This document shows positions 11,963-22,011 of a stretch of DNA of 64,000 bases, piece after piece. Where the stretch lies: contig DATHMT010000018.1 of assembly GCA_035486855.1 (NCBI GenBank), forward strand, positions 68,238-132,237, in the 5' to 3' direction. The stretch is from Steroidobacteraceae bacterium. GTDB taxonomy: Bacteria; Pseudomonadota; Gammaproteobacteria; Steroidobacterales; Steroidobacteraceae. Positions within the stretch are counted from its first letter, which is position 1, and each line of letters starts with the position of its first letter. Below the pieces are notes generated by a model. The model was not told where the DNA came from, did not search any database, and was given only the letters and a program-made list of their open reading frames with translations. Position numbers and translations under genes: made by a program.

Positions 11963-13522
11963 GTGGCACACCTAGACCTCAGTCTGCCGCATCCCGCGGC
12001 CCTGACACCCCGCCCATTCCCGATGTCGCCGCGGTGGTTCGAACCGCTGAGGCGATATTTGGGCGCCTGCGGGATCACGGCCTTGTGTACGGCTCTGGCG
12101 TACTCGCTGTTTGGCCGCATGGAGCCGGCGAACATCGTGATGGTGTACCTGCTCGGGGTCACCGCCGGCGGGCTGTGGCTCGGACGTGGCCCCTCGGTGC
12201 TGTGCGCCATCGCCAATAGCGCCGCATTCGATTATTTCTTCATTCCACCCCGCTTCAGTTTTTATGTCGCCGAGCCGCAGTACCTGCTGACACTGGTCGG
12301 CATGATCATCGTCGCGCTGGTCATTGCCAATCTGATGGCCAATATTCGCGGCCAGACGCAGGCGGCCGCGGCGCGCGAACGCTGTACGGCGACTCTCTAT
12401 GCCATGTGCCGTGAACTCGCGGCCGCACCTGATGCGACTTCGATCGCGGCCGTCGCCGCACTGCATGTTTCGGCGGCCGTCGAGGGCCCGGCAATGCTGG
12501 CGCTGGCGGGCGAGGATCCCGCGGTGCCGCCTTGGTTCACGCCCGCCGATGCGGCAATCGTGCGATGGGTGTTTGACCATGGTGTAAGCGCGGGCCCGGG
12601 CTTGCAGCATTGGATCAACTCCCCGTGCCGATACCTGCCACTGGTCGGGGGCGAGCGCATCAACGGCGTTCTGGTCGTGCAGCCACCGCCCACGATCGCG
12701 CCAGGTTCGCATTCCTGGAACATGCTCGAGGCACTGGTGGGTCAGATCGCGATGGCCCTGGAGCGGGTGCGTCTGGCTGAGGTCGCCGCCGAATCGCGGG
12801 CCGCTGTTGAACGGGCCGCACTGCGCAACACGCTGCTGGCGTCGATCTCGCATGATCTTCGCGCCCCGCTCACGGCGATTGCCGGAGCCGGGTGTCTGGT
12901 CGCGCAGGACAGCATCCTCCTGGACTCGGCCAAGCGCAAAACGCTGGGACAGCTGATCGAAGTCAAGGCGCGCGATATGGCCGAGCTGCTCGGCAACCTT
13001 TTGGAATTGATCCGCCTGGAGGCCGCCACTGCGCTGCCCAGGGCCGATTGGCAATCGCTCGAAGAACTGATCGGGGCGGCGGTGCGGCAATCCATTCATC
13101 GATTCGATCATCGGCGGGTGTTGTGCGAGCTGCCGGAGGATCTGCCGATGCTGCTGGTGGATGGCCAGTTGATCCGTCAGCTGCTGTCCAATCTGCTCGA
13201 GAACGCGGTGAAGTACACGCCACCGGGTACGACGATCCTGATCCGGGCGGTGGCAGCCTCGGATCTCGTGATGCTGACGATTGAGGATGACGGACCCGGC
13301 TTCGGCTGCGTGGTCCCGGAGCGATTGTTCGAAAAATTCGAGCGCGGCCAAAAGGAAGGTTCGGTGAGTGGTGCGGGTCTCGGTCTTGCGATCTGCAGGG
13401 CCATCGCACGTCTGCACGGCGGCAGCATTCACGCGACCGGCCGCGAGGGCGGCGGAGCCCGTTTTGAGATTCTATTGCCGCAATCCACCACCGCAACCTG
13501 CCGGGTTGTGCAGGACCGCTGA
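11963..13522 (+). CDS. KdpD-like sensor histidine kinase lacking the N-terminal KdpD/Usp modules (DUF4118 TM block, GAF-like, HisKA, HATPase)
   Basis: 'IVMVYLLGV...FDYFFIPPRFSFYV', HisKA 'SISHDLRAPLT', HATPase 'GAGLGLAICRAIARLHGG'. Alternative start at ATG 12023 (MSPRWF). Confidence 0.8.
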   Translation: MAHLDLSLPHPAALTPRPFPMSPRWFEPLRRYLGACGITALCTALAYSLFGRMEPANIVMVYLLGVTAGGLWLGRGPSVLCAIANSAAFDYFFIPPRFSFYVAEPQYLLTLVGMIIVALVIANLMANIRGQTQAAAARERCTATLYAMCRELAAAPDATSIAAVAALHVSAAVEGPAMLALAGEDPAVPPWFTPADAAIVRWVFDHGVSAGPGLQHWINSPCRYLPLVGGERINGVLVVQPPPTIAPGSHSWNMLEALVGQIAMALERVRLAEVAAESRAAVERAALRNTLLASISHDLRAPLTAIAGAGCLVAQDSILLDSAKRKTLGQLIEVKARDMAELLGNLLELIRLEAATALPRADWQSLEELIGAAVRQSIHRFDHRRVLCELPEDLPMLLVDGQLIRQLLSNLLENAVKYTPPGTTILIRAVAASDLVMLTIEDDGPGFGCVVPERLFEKFERGQKEGSVSGAGLGLAICRAIARLHGGSIHATGREGGGARFEILLPQSTTATCRVVQDR

Positions 13523-14220
13523 TGACCGATTCCATGCACCGCATTCTGGTCGTGGAAGATGACCTCGCGATTTGCGCGGTGCTGCAGACCCTGTTTGAAG
13601 GGGACGGATTTCGCACCGTGGCGGTGGGGACCTGCCGGGACGCCATCAGCTTCGCGCAATTGCAGCGCCCGGATGTCTGTATCGTCGACCTGGGTCTGCC
13701 GGATATGGACGGACTGCGGTTCATCGAAGAGGTGCGAACCTGGTCGGCGGTACCCATCATCGTGTTGACGGCCCGCACCCAGGAGCCCCAGCGCCTGGCA
13801 GCCTTCGAGGCGGGGGCCGATGATTACATCATCAAGCCCTTCAGCGGCCTCGAACTGATCGCGCGGCTGCGGGCGATCACGCGCCGGCTCGCGCGGCGCA
13901 ATCGGCCCGAGGCGGTGCTGCATCTGGGTAGCGTCGAAGTCAATCTGGAAACGCGGGAGACGCGGGGCCCGGAAGGCAAGGTGCTCAAACTCACGCCACT
14001 CGAGCATCGAATCCTGGAGTGCCTGGTACAGCACGCGGGCGCGCTGGTAACGCACGAGCAGATCATGAACGAGGTCTGGGGACCGCAGCTGGCCGATCTG
14101 CGTTCACTGCGTGTTTATGTCGCCAGCCTGCGCCGCAAACTCGAGCGCGATCCCGCGCAACCCCAATACATATTGACCGAAGTCGGCGTCGGGTACCGGC
14201 TGGTATCCGACGGCGAATAG
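13522..14220 (+). CDS. OmpR/KdpE-family response regulator
   Basis: 'RILVVEDD', 'VDLGLPDMDG', winged helix 'LRVYVASLRRKLE....TEVGVGYRL'. ATG overlaps the kinase stop codon by 1 nt. Confidence 0.88.
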   Translation: MTDSMHRILVVEDDLAICAVLQTLFEGDGFRTVAVGTCRDAISFAQLQRPDVCIVDLGLPDMDGLRFIEEVRTWSAVPIIVLTARTQEPQRLAAFEAGADDYIIKPFSGLELIARLRAITRRLARRNRPEAVLHLGSVEVNLETRETRGPEGKVLKLTPLEHRILECLVQHAGALVTHEQIMNEVWGPQLADLRSLRVYVASLRRKLERDPAQPQYILTEVGVGYRLVSDGE

Positions 14221-14407
14221 GCTTCACACTCCGTGCACGTGGTGGTGCTGCGCGCGGCCAAGAATATTCGAGACAACGGCCGCATTCGCGGCTCAATTTT
14301 TAATGCCTTTGTGTCTAGTGGCAGACGACAAGGTGCGGCACTCTGCTGATCACGACGAAGAGACCTCCTAACGACGGTCGCTTCGGTTCATCACGGAGTG
14401 CATAGAA

Positions 14408-14734
14408 ATGTTGTCGAAAATCATAGTTAGTGTGGCGGCGGTTGCAGCCACTTCCGCGTGCTGGGCGGACGGCACATGTGACGTAGCCTTGATGCAGCAG
14501 TATCGCGACTGCGCACATATCGTCGGGTCACTGCGTCCGGAGAAGGCCGGGCAGGCGCGCGTCTTTGCCTATGACGGTTCTGAATACACAGGGGGGCAGG
14601 CAGCGTGGCTGCAGGGGCAGTTGCGCAAGATCGAGCGGCTTTGCGCGAGCACCTCGGCGGCAGACAAGGCAGAAGCGGCGCGCGTCTTGATGGATGTGGA
14701 GGCGCTCCTCAAGGCGCACCACAGCAATTCCTGA
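14408..14734 (+). CDS. Small exported hypothetical protein (108 aa, 4 Cys)
   Basis: Signal peptide 'MLSKIIVSVAAVAATSACWA' and a helical Cys-containing mature part. Followed by a strong hairpin. No family recognised. Confidence 0.55.
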   Translation: MLSKIIVSVAAVAATSACWADGTCDVALMQQYRDCAHIVGSLRPEKAGQARVFAYDGSEYTGGQAAWLQGQLRKIERLCASTSAADKAEAARVLMDVEALLKAHHSNS

Positions 14735-14771
14735 AGTCAATTCCGACGGTGCGTTCTGCGTCCCATCAATC

Positions 14772-14795
14772 ATGCCGCCTCCGCCGAGGCGGCAT
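14772..14795 (+). terminator. Rho-independent-type terminator hairpin
   Basis: Perfect 10-bp stem ATGCCGCCTC/GAGGCGGCAT with a 4-nt loop, followed by TCTTGAATT. It sits 38 nt after the stop of the 14408-14734 ORF. Confidence 0.6.
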
Positions 14796-15114
14796 TCTTG
14801 AATTCCAATACTTTTGTCGGGGCGATTTCACCAGCGACCGCCGCAACGCATGAATTGTGCCTGCGCGGGGAGCCCCGAACGGCGCGAGCATCGCAAATTC
14901 AGTTTGCGCAGCCAACACACAAAGCCGTTAAGAAATGCATTGATGCTTCGTCCACGGCCCTCTGTGCTCACGTTATGACCGGCGTGTGACGTGCGCGTTA
15001 CCACTGTGTCTTTTCCGAGTTGTCCGGGTTTCGCGTGCCACCACACAATGAGCGCTGATAGCAGCCAGCGGCCGCAGAGACCGAAAACTATCGATCCCCA
15101 GATGAGGTCCCGCC

Positions 15115-16335
15115 ATGCGCGAGTCACCGCTTCCACTACCTTTCAACATCAAATGGGTCCTACGAGGCGCAGCCGCGGCCGGGGTCGTCGCCACCATTGC
15201 CGCACTGTCCTACTTGACGTTTCACGGCAAAGAGGCTCACGCAAACGGCACGCCCGCGCCCCCGACGGCAGCGGCGGCATCCGAACCGGCGGTCCAACTG
15301 ACCGCGGCACAACTCGGTTCCATCAGGATGGGCATCGCCGGCGAGCGTACGTTCCCGCAGGAGCGGACGGCGGTCGGCAACATCGACTTCAACGAGAATC
15401 TTGCGGTGCAGGTGTTCACGCCCTATCAGGGAAAGATCATCAGGGCGTATGTGGAAGTGGGTGATGCGGTCGCCAAGGGACAGACCCTGTTCACGATCGA
15501 GAGCCCGGATCTGATCCAGGCCGAATCCAATCTGATCGCCGCCGCGGCGACGCTCGATCAGACCGCGAGCGCCCTGGGGCGCGCCAAGAAGCTCTATGCG
15601 GTGCAGGGCATCGATCAGAATGACTATGAGACCGCGGTCGCCAATCAGCAGATTGCCGAGGGCGCACTCAAGGCCGGCCGCGACGCGGTTCACGTATTCG
15701 GCAAATCCGAGACCGAAATCGATGCGATAGTCGCCAATCGGAAGATCGATCCGACGCTCGTGGTGCCGAGTCCGATCGCCGGCCGTGTCACTGCACGCGC
15801 GGCACAGCCAGGCCTTCTGGTACAGCCCGGCAACGCGCCCGCTCCCTACACCGTCGCCGACGTGGTGACAGTGTGGATGCTCGCCAACGTCTCCGAAACG
15901 AACATTCGGTATGTGCACCCGGGCCAGCAGGTCAGCGTCGCGACGATGGCCTACCCGGATCAAGTGTACGAAGGCAAGGTCACGATTGTCGGCACCTCTG
16001 TCGATCCGAACCTTCACACGCTTCTCATCCGCTCGGAAGTTCAGAATCCACGGCGCGAACTCCTGCCGGGAATGCTCGCGAACTTTGTAATTCGCACGGG
16101 CACGCCAATTACCTCCGTGGCGGTCCCTCAGGCCGGCATCGTGCGCGAGGGCGACGGCACGATGACCCTGTGGGTGACGACTGATCAACGCAAATTTCTC
16201 CAGCGCACGGTCAAGCTGGGCCTGCAGAGCGATGGCTACGTGCAAGTCCTTGACGGATTGAAGCCAGGCGAGCGGGTGGTCACTGAGGGGGCGATCTTCC
16301 TGGATAACCTGCTCACGCCTACCGACTCAGACTGA
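15115..16335 (+). CDS. Efflux RND transporter periplasmic adaptor subunit (CzcB-like MFP)
   Basis: 406 aa with an N-terminal TM anchor. Biotinyl-lipoyl-like 'GKIIRAYVEVGDAVAKGQTLFTIESPDL', a coiled-coil hairpin and beta-barrel segments. Confidence 0.88.
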   Translation: MRESPLPLPFNIKWVLRGAAAAGVVATIAALSYLTFHGKEAHANGTPAPPTAAAASEPAVQLTAAQLGSIRMGIAGERTFPQERTAVGNIDFNENLAVQVFTPYQGKIIRAYVEVGDAVAKGQTLFTIESPDLIQAESNLIAAAATLDQTASALGRAKKLYAVQGIDQNDYETAVANQQIAEGALKAGRDAVHVFGKSETEIDAIVANRKIDPTLVVPSPIAGRVTARAAQPGLLVQPGNAPAPYTVADVVTVWMLANVSETNIRYVHPGQQVSVATMAYPDQVYEGKVTIVGTSVDPNLHTLLIRSEVQNPRRELLPGMLANFVIRTGTPITSVAVPQAGIVREGDGTMTLWVTTDQRKFLQRTVKLGLQSDGYVQVLDGLKPGERVVTEGAIFLDNLLTPTDSD

Positions 16336-16385
16336 GTCGCCGACCAGCCGCTTGAGCAAGACATGGTAGTTAAGGACGTTACAGC

Positions 16386-19300
16386 ATGCTGAAGGGTGTA
16401 CTCGCATTCGTGCTCACGCGCCGGATGATCGTGCTGCTGGGCCTGGCGGTATTTCTGGGCGGCGGTGTAGCCGCCTTCATGATGCTCAACATCGAAGCCT
16501 ATCCACAACCGGCGCCCGTGATCATCGAAATCACGGCCCAGCAGGGCGGCCTGTCGGCCGAGGAGATGGAGCGCTACTACACAATTCCAATGGAGGTGGG
16601 AATTTACGGGACCCCGTACATCACGGAAGTCAATTCCACCTCCTTCTACGGCCTGTCGTTCCTGCGGGTCACTTTCAAATACGGCGTCGACTTCTACTTC
16701 GCCCAAACGCAGATCGAATATTCACTGCAGCAGAATGTCTCGCTGCCGAACAACGTGCAGCCACAGATCCAGCAATCGAGCCTGGTCGGCGAGGTCGTTC
16801 GCTATGCCGTGGTCGGGCCGCCTCACTTCGGCCTGGAAAACCTTCGCACCGTCCAGGACTGGATCGTGCTGCGCCAGCTCTCCACGGTACCGGGCGTGGT
16901 GCAGGTGAACAGCTTTGGCGGCCCCACGAAGGAATTTGAAGTCGAGGTGGATCCGCGCAGCCTGCAGACCTATGGCATCACCATCCCCCAGGTGATCACG
17001 GCGCTTGGCAATGCCAACATCAATGTGGGCGGTCGCGAGATCAATATCGGCCAGCAGTCGATCAATATTCGTGGCATCGGTCTATTCAACGATGGTGGAA
17101 ACGACGATCTGACCAAGGGCTATAGGGTCGATGACATCGAAAACGTCCTTCTCAAGCAATCCGGCAGTGTGCCGGTGCGTGTCAGGGACGTTGCCCGGGT
17201 GTACGTGGGCAACGTCCCGCGGCTGAGCATCGTGGGCAAGGATCATGAAGATGACATCGTCGAGTGCATCGTCGTCATGGGGCGCACCTTCCATACCCAG
17301 GACGTCGTCCCGCGAATCATCGCCAAGATCGCCGCAATGAACCGGGACGGCAGTCTTCCCCCCGGCGTCAAGGTCGTACCCTTCTACGACCGGATGTCGC
17401 TCGTCCATGTGACCACCCACACGGTTCTGGAAAATCTGCTCTTCGGCTGCGTACTTGTTTTCTTCATCCAGTGGATTTTCCTCGGGGACCTGCGCAGTGC
17501 CATCGTTGTCGGCGTCAACATTCCGTTCGCGCTGCTGTTCTCCGTCATCATGTTGGTGCTGCAGGGAGAGGATGCGAATCTACTCTCCATCGGCGCTGTC
17601 GACTTCGGCATCATTGTCGATTCCGCAGTGATACTCGTTGAGAATATCTTTCGGAACTTTCAATTGAAGCCCGCCGACCAAAAGGCACTGCTGGAGGACT
17701 TGGCGGAAGGCAATCTCGGAACCGATCCCACGACCCTGCACGCCGTGTCGACGAGCAACGTGTGGACGGACCGGCTGCGGCTCATCTTCATCAGTGCGCT
17801 GCAGGTCGACAAGGCGGTACTGTTTTCCGTGGCGATTACCGTTGCGGCGTTTGTGCCGCTCTTCACCATGCAGGGTGTCGAGGGACAGATATTCGGGCCC
17901 ATGGCCCGCACCTATGGGTTCGCGCTGGTGGGCGCCGTGCTGGCGACCTTCACGGTGACCCCGGTCCTGTCCTCGATACTGCTGCCGGCCAACGTCAAGG
18001 AGGTCGAGACGGTGGTGGTGCGCGCCATGCGCGCCATCTATACGCCGGCGCTTCACTGGGCCCTGGCGCGCCGACGCATCATTGTCGGGATCGGCGCGGT
18101 ATTCGTCGTGGCGACCGGATTGCTGGCTACGCGGCTCGGTAGTGAATTCCTTCCCGCTTTGGAGGAAGGCAACTACTGGATCCGCCTGTCGATGCCGCCG
18201 ACCATGGGGCTCGCGGCCGGTACCGAGGGCGTGCGCAAGATCCGTGAGATTCTGTTGAGTCACCCGGAGATCATTACCGTGGTGTCACAGCATGGCCGCC
18301 CCGACAATGGGAGTGATCCCTCGCCGTTTTCCAACGTAGAGTTATTCGTTCCGCTCCAGCCCCATGATAAATGGCCCTCGGGATTGACCAAGGACAAACT
18401 GACTGCCCAACTGCTGCAGGAATTCAACGACGCGGTGCCGGGTCTTACCTTCAATTTCTCACAGAATATTCAGGACAACATCGAGGAGGCGACATCGGGC
18501 GTGAAGGGCGCCAACTCCGTCAAGATCGTCGGTCACAATCTGGAGGAATTGGAAAGGCTGGCCCTCCAGGTAAGCAACCAGATCAAGCAGGTCCGGGGCA
18601 TGGAGGATGTGGGCACCTTTCATGTGGTGGGCCAACCGAACCTCAATATCACGGTCGATCGGGACAAGGCGGCGCGGTATGGACTCAATACCGGCGATGT
18701 GAACAGTGTCATACAGGCGGCCATGGGCGGGGCCGTAGCGACCACGATGCTCGAAGGGGATCGGGCGTGGAATGTCACGGTGCGCCTCGCACCCCAGTAC
18801 CGGGACAATATTGAACCGGTTGGCGATGTCAAAGTCGGCTATCAAAACGCCACCGGCGGGACATCCTATATTCCCCTGCGGGAACTGGCGACGATTACCC
18901 TGGATACGGGGGCGTCCTATATCTACCACCAGTCCATGCAGCGGTTCATTCCCGTCAAATTCAGCGTTCGCGGCCGTGATCTTGGAAGCACGGTCGCCGA
19001 AGCGCAGGATCGCATCGCCAAGAATGTCACTCTACCGACAGGATACCGCCTCGTGTGGGCCGGCGAATACCTGGAATGGCAGCAGGCAAAGGCGCGCCTT
19101 GAGGTCGTCGTGCCGCTCAGCCTGGTCCTGATCATGGTATTGCTCCTGAGCCTGTTCAACTCGTTGCGCGACAGTCTGTTGGCGCTGGCGGGCATTCCAT
19201 TTGCGATGGGCGGCGGCATCATCGCGCTTTATGTCTCCGGTCAGCCATTGAGTGTTTCATCCATTGTTGGGTTCATCTCGCTGTTTGGTGTATCGGTCAT

Positions 19301-19625
19301 GAACGGCATCCTGATCATCACCTATTACAACCAAATCAAGCGAACCTCCGGGATGAGCGGCCTGGACGCCATGGCTCACGCGGCTGAGCAGCGGATGCGG
19401 CCGCTGTTGATGACGTCGCTGGCCGCCTGCATAGGTCTGCTTCCCTCGGCGCTCTCGACCGGCATCGGCAGCCAGGTGCAGCGACCGCTGGCGTCGGTAG
19501 TCGTCGGCGGCATGCTTCTCGGACCGATTCTTTTGCTCCTGGTTGTGCCGGCCCTCCAGGTCATGTTCCTGGATAAAGACGAGAGCAAGGCCGATGCCGC
19601 GTCCGGTACTCCGATCGGTCACTAG
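16386..19625 (+). CDS. Heavy-metal-efflux-type RND permease (CusA/CzcA family)
   Basis: 1079 aa, 12-TM RND layout. The TM4 motif 'VDFGIIVDSAVILVENIF' matches the HME signature DFG-x3-D-x-A-x3-VEN. Confidence 0.9.
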   Translation: MLKGVLAFVLTRRMIVLLGLAVFLGGGVAAFMMLNIEAYPQPAPVIIEITAQQGGLSAEEMERYYTIPMEVGIYGTPYITEVNSTSFYGLSFLRVTFKYGVDFYFAQTQIEYSLQQNVSLPNNVQPQIQQSSLVGEVVRYAVVGPPHFGLENLRTVQDWIVLRQLSTVPGVVQVNSFGGPTKEFEVEVDPRSLQTYGITIPQVITALGNANINVGGREINIGQQSINIRGIGLFNDGGNDDLTKGYRVDDIENVLLKQSGSVPVRVRDVARVYVGNVPRLSIVGKDHEDDIVECIVVMGRTFHTQDVVPRIIAKIAAMNRDGSLPPGVKVVPFYDRMSLVHVTTHTVLENLLFGCVLVFFIQWIFLGDLRSAIVVGVNIPFALLFSVIMLVLQGEDANLLSIGAVDFGIIVDSAVILVENIFRNFQLKPADQKALLEDLAEGNLGTDPTTLHAVSTSNVWTDRLRLIFISALQVDKAVLFSVAITVAAFVPLFTMQGVEGQIFGPMARTYGFALVGAVLATFTVTPVLSSILLPANVKEVETVVVRAMRAIYTPALHWALARRRIIVGIGAVFVVATGLLATRLGSEFLPALEEGNYWIRLSMPPTMGLAAGTEGVRKIREILLSHPEIITVVSQHGRPDNGSDPSPFSNVELFVPLQPHDKWPSGLTKDKLTAQLLQEFNDAVPGLTFNFSQNIQDNIEEATSGVKGANSVKIVGHNLEELERLALQVSNQIKQVRGMEDVGTFHVVGQPNLNITVDRDKAARYGLNTGDVNSVIQAAMGGAVATTMLEGDRAWNVTVRLAPQYRDNIEPVGDVKVGYQNATGGTSYIPLRELATITLDTGASYIYHQSMQRFIPVKFSVRGRDLGSTVAEAQDRIAKNVTLPTGYRLVWAGEYLEWQQAKARLEVVVPLSLVLIMVLLLSLFNSLRDSLLALAGIPFAMGGGIIALYVSGQPLSVSSIVGFISLFGVSVMNGILIITYYNQIKRTSGMSGLDAMAHAAEQRMRPLLMTSLAACIGLLPSALSTGIGSQVQRPLASVVVGGMLLGPILLLLVVPALQVMFLDKDESKADAASGTPIGH

Positions 19626-19643
19626 GCGCAAAGTACAGAAAAC

Positions 19644-20060
19644 ATGTGGCTCTCAGAAAAACGTGGCGAAGTGAAGCGGGGGCTCCTTACCGTGGCGCTC
19701 ATAGCCGGGCTCTTCGTCAGCGGTGGGCTGTGCGGACTTGCGGTCCGCACGATCGGCGGCCTCGAACAACAGCGCGCGCAACTCAACCGATGCGTGCTCG
19801 CCTCGAGGCAGGCCCATCCGAACGAGCGTCCGCGAGATGCACTGACGCGCCTTATGGTGCAAGTCCCGGCATGCATGAATGAGGCCGGTTATGAGCAGGT
19901 GGTCAATGACATGAGTTGCAGCCGGGAGGCATGGCAGGGTGATGTCTTCTGCTATGTGCCAAAAAGCTACCTCCGCAAGCTGATCTACCGCCTCGATGCC
20001 GCCAGGGTCGCGCGCCTGCAATCCGAGGCAGTACCGCGATCAAAAGTGGGTGGCGTATGA
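19644..20060 (+). CDS. Hypothetical membrane-anchored protein (138 aa) inside the RND operon
   Basis: Starts 18 nt after the RND stop. One TM 'LLTVALIAGLFVSGGLCGLAV', a Cys-containing periplasmic part, and reasonable codon usage. No family recognised. Confidence 0.5.
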   Translation: MWLSEKRGEVKRGLLTVALIAGLFVSGGLCGLAVRTIGGLEQQRAQLNRCVLASRQAHPNERPRDALTRLMVQVPACMNEAGYEQVVNDMSCSREAWQGDVFCYVPKSYLRKLIYRLDAARVARLQSEAVPRSKVGGV

Positions 20061-20458
20061 GGATGGCTGCTGTGGTGATCGCGATGCTGGTGCTCGATGC
20101 GCTTGCCGGCGCCGCGAACGCGGCCGGGACGACGCCCAATCAGTCGGGCGCGCGCGGCACGACTGTTCGCACACCGTTGGCAGGCGGTGCGCAGAGACGC
20201 GGGTCCGGGGCTAGTCAACCGAGCCGCCGCTCTGAGCAACCCACCCCCCCTGGGAAGCCCGGCAGCAACGCATCGCTCCGGCGCCAGCGGCTCCCGAGCC
20301 CGACACGCCAGTCCTCTTTGAGTGCATCAACGATCAGAGCGAGGGCGATGCTGGGCGCTCCGCCTGCGTCGCGTACCGCAGTGCTCGGTGGGCCCGCCAA
20401 CTCCCGAGCCGTGCTTACCTCGACCGTCGATGGGACGGCCCATCGACGGCGATTCTGA
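20057..20458 (+). CDS. Hypothetical exported, low-complexity Ser/Arg/Pro-rich protein (133 aa)
   Basis: ATGA overlap with the preceding ORF. Signal peptide 'MRMAAVVIAMLVLDALAGAANA'. The rest is basic and looks disordered. Rare codons in the second half lower confidence. Confidence 0.35.
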   Translation: MRMAAVVIAMLVLDALAGAANAAGTTPNQSGARGTTVRTPLAGGAQRRGSGASQPSRRSEQPTPPGKPGSNASLRRQRLPSPTRQSSLSASTIRARAMLGAPPASRTAVLGGPANSRAVLTSTVDGTAHRRRF

Positions 20459-20466
20459 GTCCCGAG

Positions 20467-22011
20467 GTGACAGAGGTAATGTCGGCAATACGGCCCCTCG
20501 TTCGATCGACCCTGCTCGTCGCGGCCGTCGCGCTTGCCTCGAGCTGTGCGGTCGGCCCGCGCTACCACCAGCCCGCGCCGCCGGCCAATGCCGGCTACGC
20601 ACCGACACCCTTGCCGACGACAAGCGCAGCCGCGCCAGTTCATGGCGGGGAGGCGCAGCGTCTGATCAGCGACCGCGATATCATCCCGTTTGAATGGTGG
20701 CGGCTGTTCCGGTCTGCCGCACTCGACGAACTCATCGCGCGTTCGTTCAAGGCCAACCCGACCATCCCGGCAGCGCAGGCGGCGCTCGCGCAGGCGAAAG
20801 AGTACGTCCGTGCGCAGCGCGGCTTCTACTATCCGAACGTTGCGGCCGGTTTCCAGGGCGAGCGCGTCAAAGTGGCTGGCAACGTCACCCAGGAGTCCTC
20901 CCTCGGCATCCAGGGGAACGGTGACAATCTCGGACAACCCCCGGCGCCGGCTTCCCCGCTTTACTATCAGTTCTACACTGCCGGTCTCTCCGTCGGGTTC
21001 GTGCCCGACGTATTCGGTTCCAATCGGCGCCAGGTGGAGTCGTTGGCGGCGCAGACCGATGCTCAGCGCTACGCGCTGGAGGCCACTTACCTCACCCTGG
21101 CCTCCAATGTCGTCGGTGCGGCCATTCAGGAAGCGTCCCTGCGCGCACAAATCGCGGCGACCCGGCAGATCATCGCGGCAGACGAGAAATCCCTGCAAAT
21201 TCTGCGTGACCAGTTCAGTCTCGGTTTTGCGATGCGCATCGATGTTGCGGCACAGGAGGCCGCCCTCGCGCAGGCCCAGACCCAGCTGCCCCCGCTGCAA
21301 AAACAGTTTGAGCAGACGCGCGATCTGATTCGTGCTCTGGTCGGTAACTTGCCGAACCAGGATGTGGCCGGCACCTTCGAACTCGATGCCCTGCAACTGC
21401 CGCCGCAGCTGCCGGTGAGCGTGCCCGCCAAGCTCATCGAGCAACGGCCCGATGTGCGGGCCGCCGAGGCGCAACTGCATGCCGCGAATGCTCAGGTCGG
21501 CGTGGCGGTCGCGGCAATGCTGCCGCAATTCTCAATCACCGGAACGCTGGGTGGCAACGCCGACCAGATTCCGGCACTGTTTCACAGTGGTGGCGCATTC
21601 TGGACCCTGGTCGGCGGCGTCAATCAGCCGATTTTCGCGGGCGGCACGCTGCTGCACACCCAGCGCGCCGCCAGCGCCGCCTTGAGGCAGGCCGCTGCCC
21701 AATATCAGAACACGGTGATTGCCGCCTACCAGAATGTGGCCGACAGCTTGCATGCGTGCCTGTCGGATGCCGAGGCACTCGCCGACGCCGTAGAGACCGA
21801 GAGTGCCGCGAAACTGACTTACGATCTCACGCGCCGGCAGATGGAGGTCGGCTACGTGAACTATCTGGCCCTGTTCAGCGCCGAAACAACCTACAACCAG
21901 GCGCTGATCACGCGCGTGCAGGCTGAAGCGACCCGCTACGGCGACACGGTCGCGTTGTTTCAGGCACTCGGCGGCGGCTGGTGGAATCGAAGCGAAGTGG
22001 CCGCAAAGTGA
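20467..22011 (+). CDS. Efflux outer-membrane factor lipoprotein, NodT family (copy 1)
   Basis: Lipobox 'LASSC', 'RPDVRAAEAQL', C-terminal 'ALGGGWW'. Alternative ATG at 20479. Confidence 0.9.
   Translation: MTEVMSAIRPLVRSTLLVAAVALASSCAVGPRYHQPAPPANAGYAPTPLPTTSAAAPVHGGEAQRLISDRDIIPFEWWRLFRSAALDELIARSFKANPTIPAAQAALAQAKEYVRAQRGFYYPNVAAGFQGERVKVAGNVTQESSLGIQGNGDNLGQPPAPASPLYYQFYTAGLSVGFVPDVFGSNRRQVESLAAQTDAQRYALEATYLTLASNVVGAAIQEASLRAQIAATRQIIAADEKSLQILRDQFSLGFAMRIDVAAQEAALAQAQTQLPPLQKQFEQTRDLIRALVGNLPNQDVAGTFELDALQLPPQLPVSVPAKLIEQRPDVRAAEAQLHAANAQVGVAVAAMLPQFSITGTLGGNADQIPALFHSGGAFWTLVGGVNQPIFAGGTLLHTQRAASAALRQAAAQYQNTVIAAYQNVADSLHACLSDAEALADAVETESAAKLTYDLTRRQMEVGYVNYLALFSAETTYNQALITRVQAEATRYGDTVALFQALGGGWWNRSEVAAK

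Noticed and set aside
14798-15136. Small ORFs (14798-14989 on plus, 14828-15136 on minus) in the 380-nt gap upstream of the RND adaptor gene.
   Set aside because: They have no RBS, show odd composition, overlap each other on opposite strands, and the region more likely holds the operon promoter and operators. I could not identify a convincing repeat operator there either.
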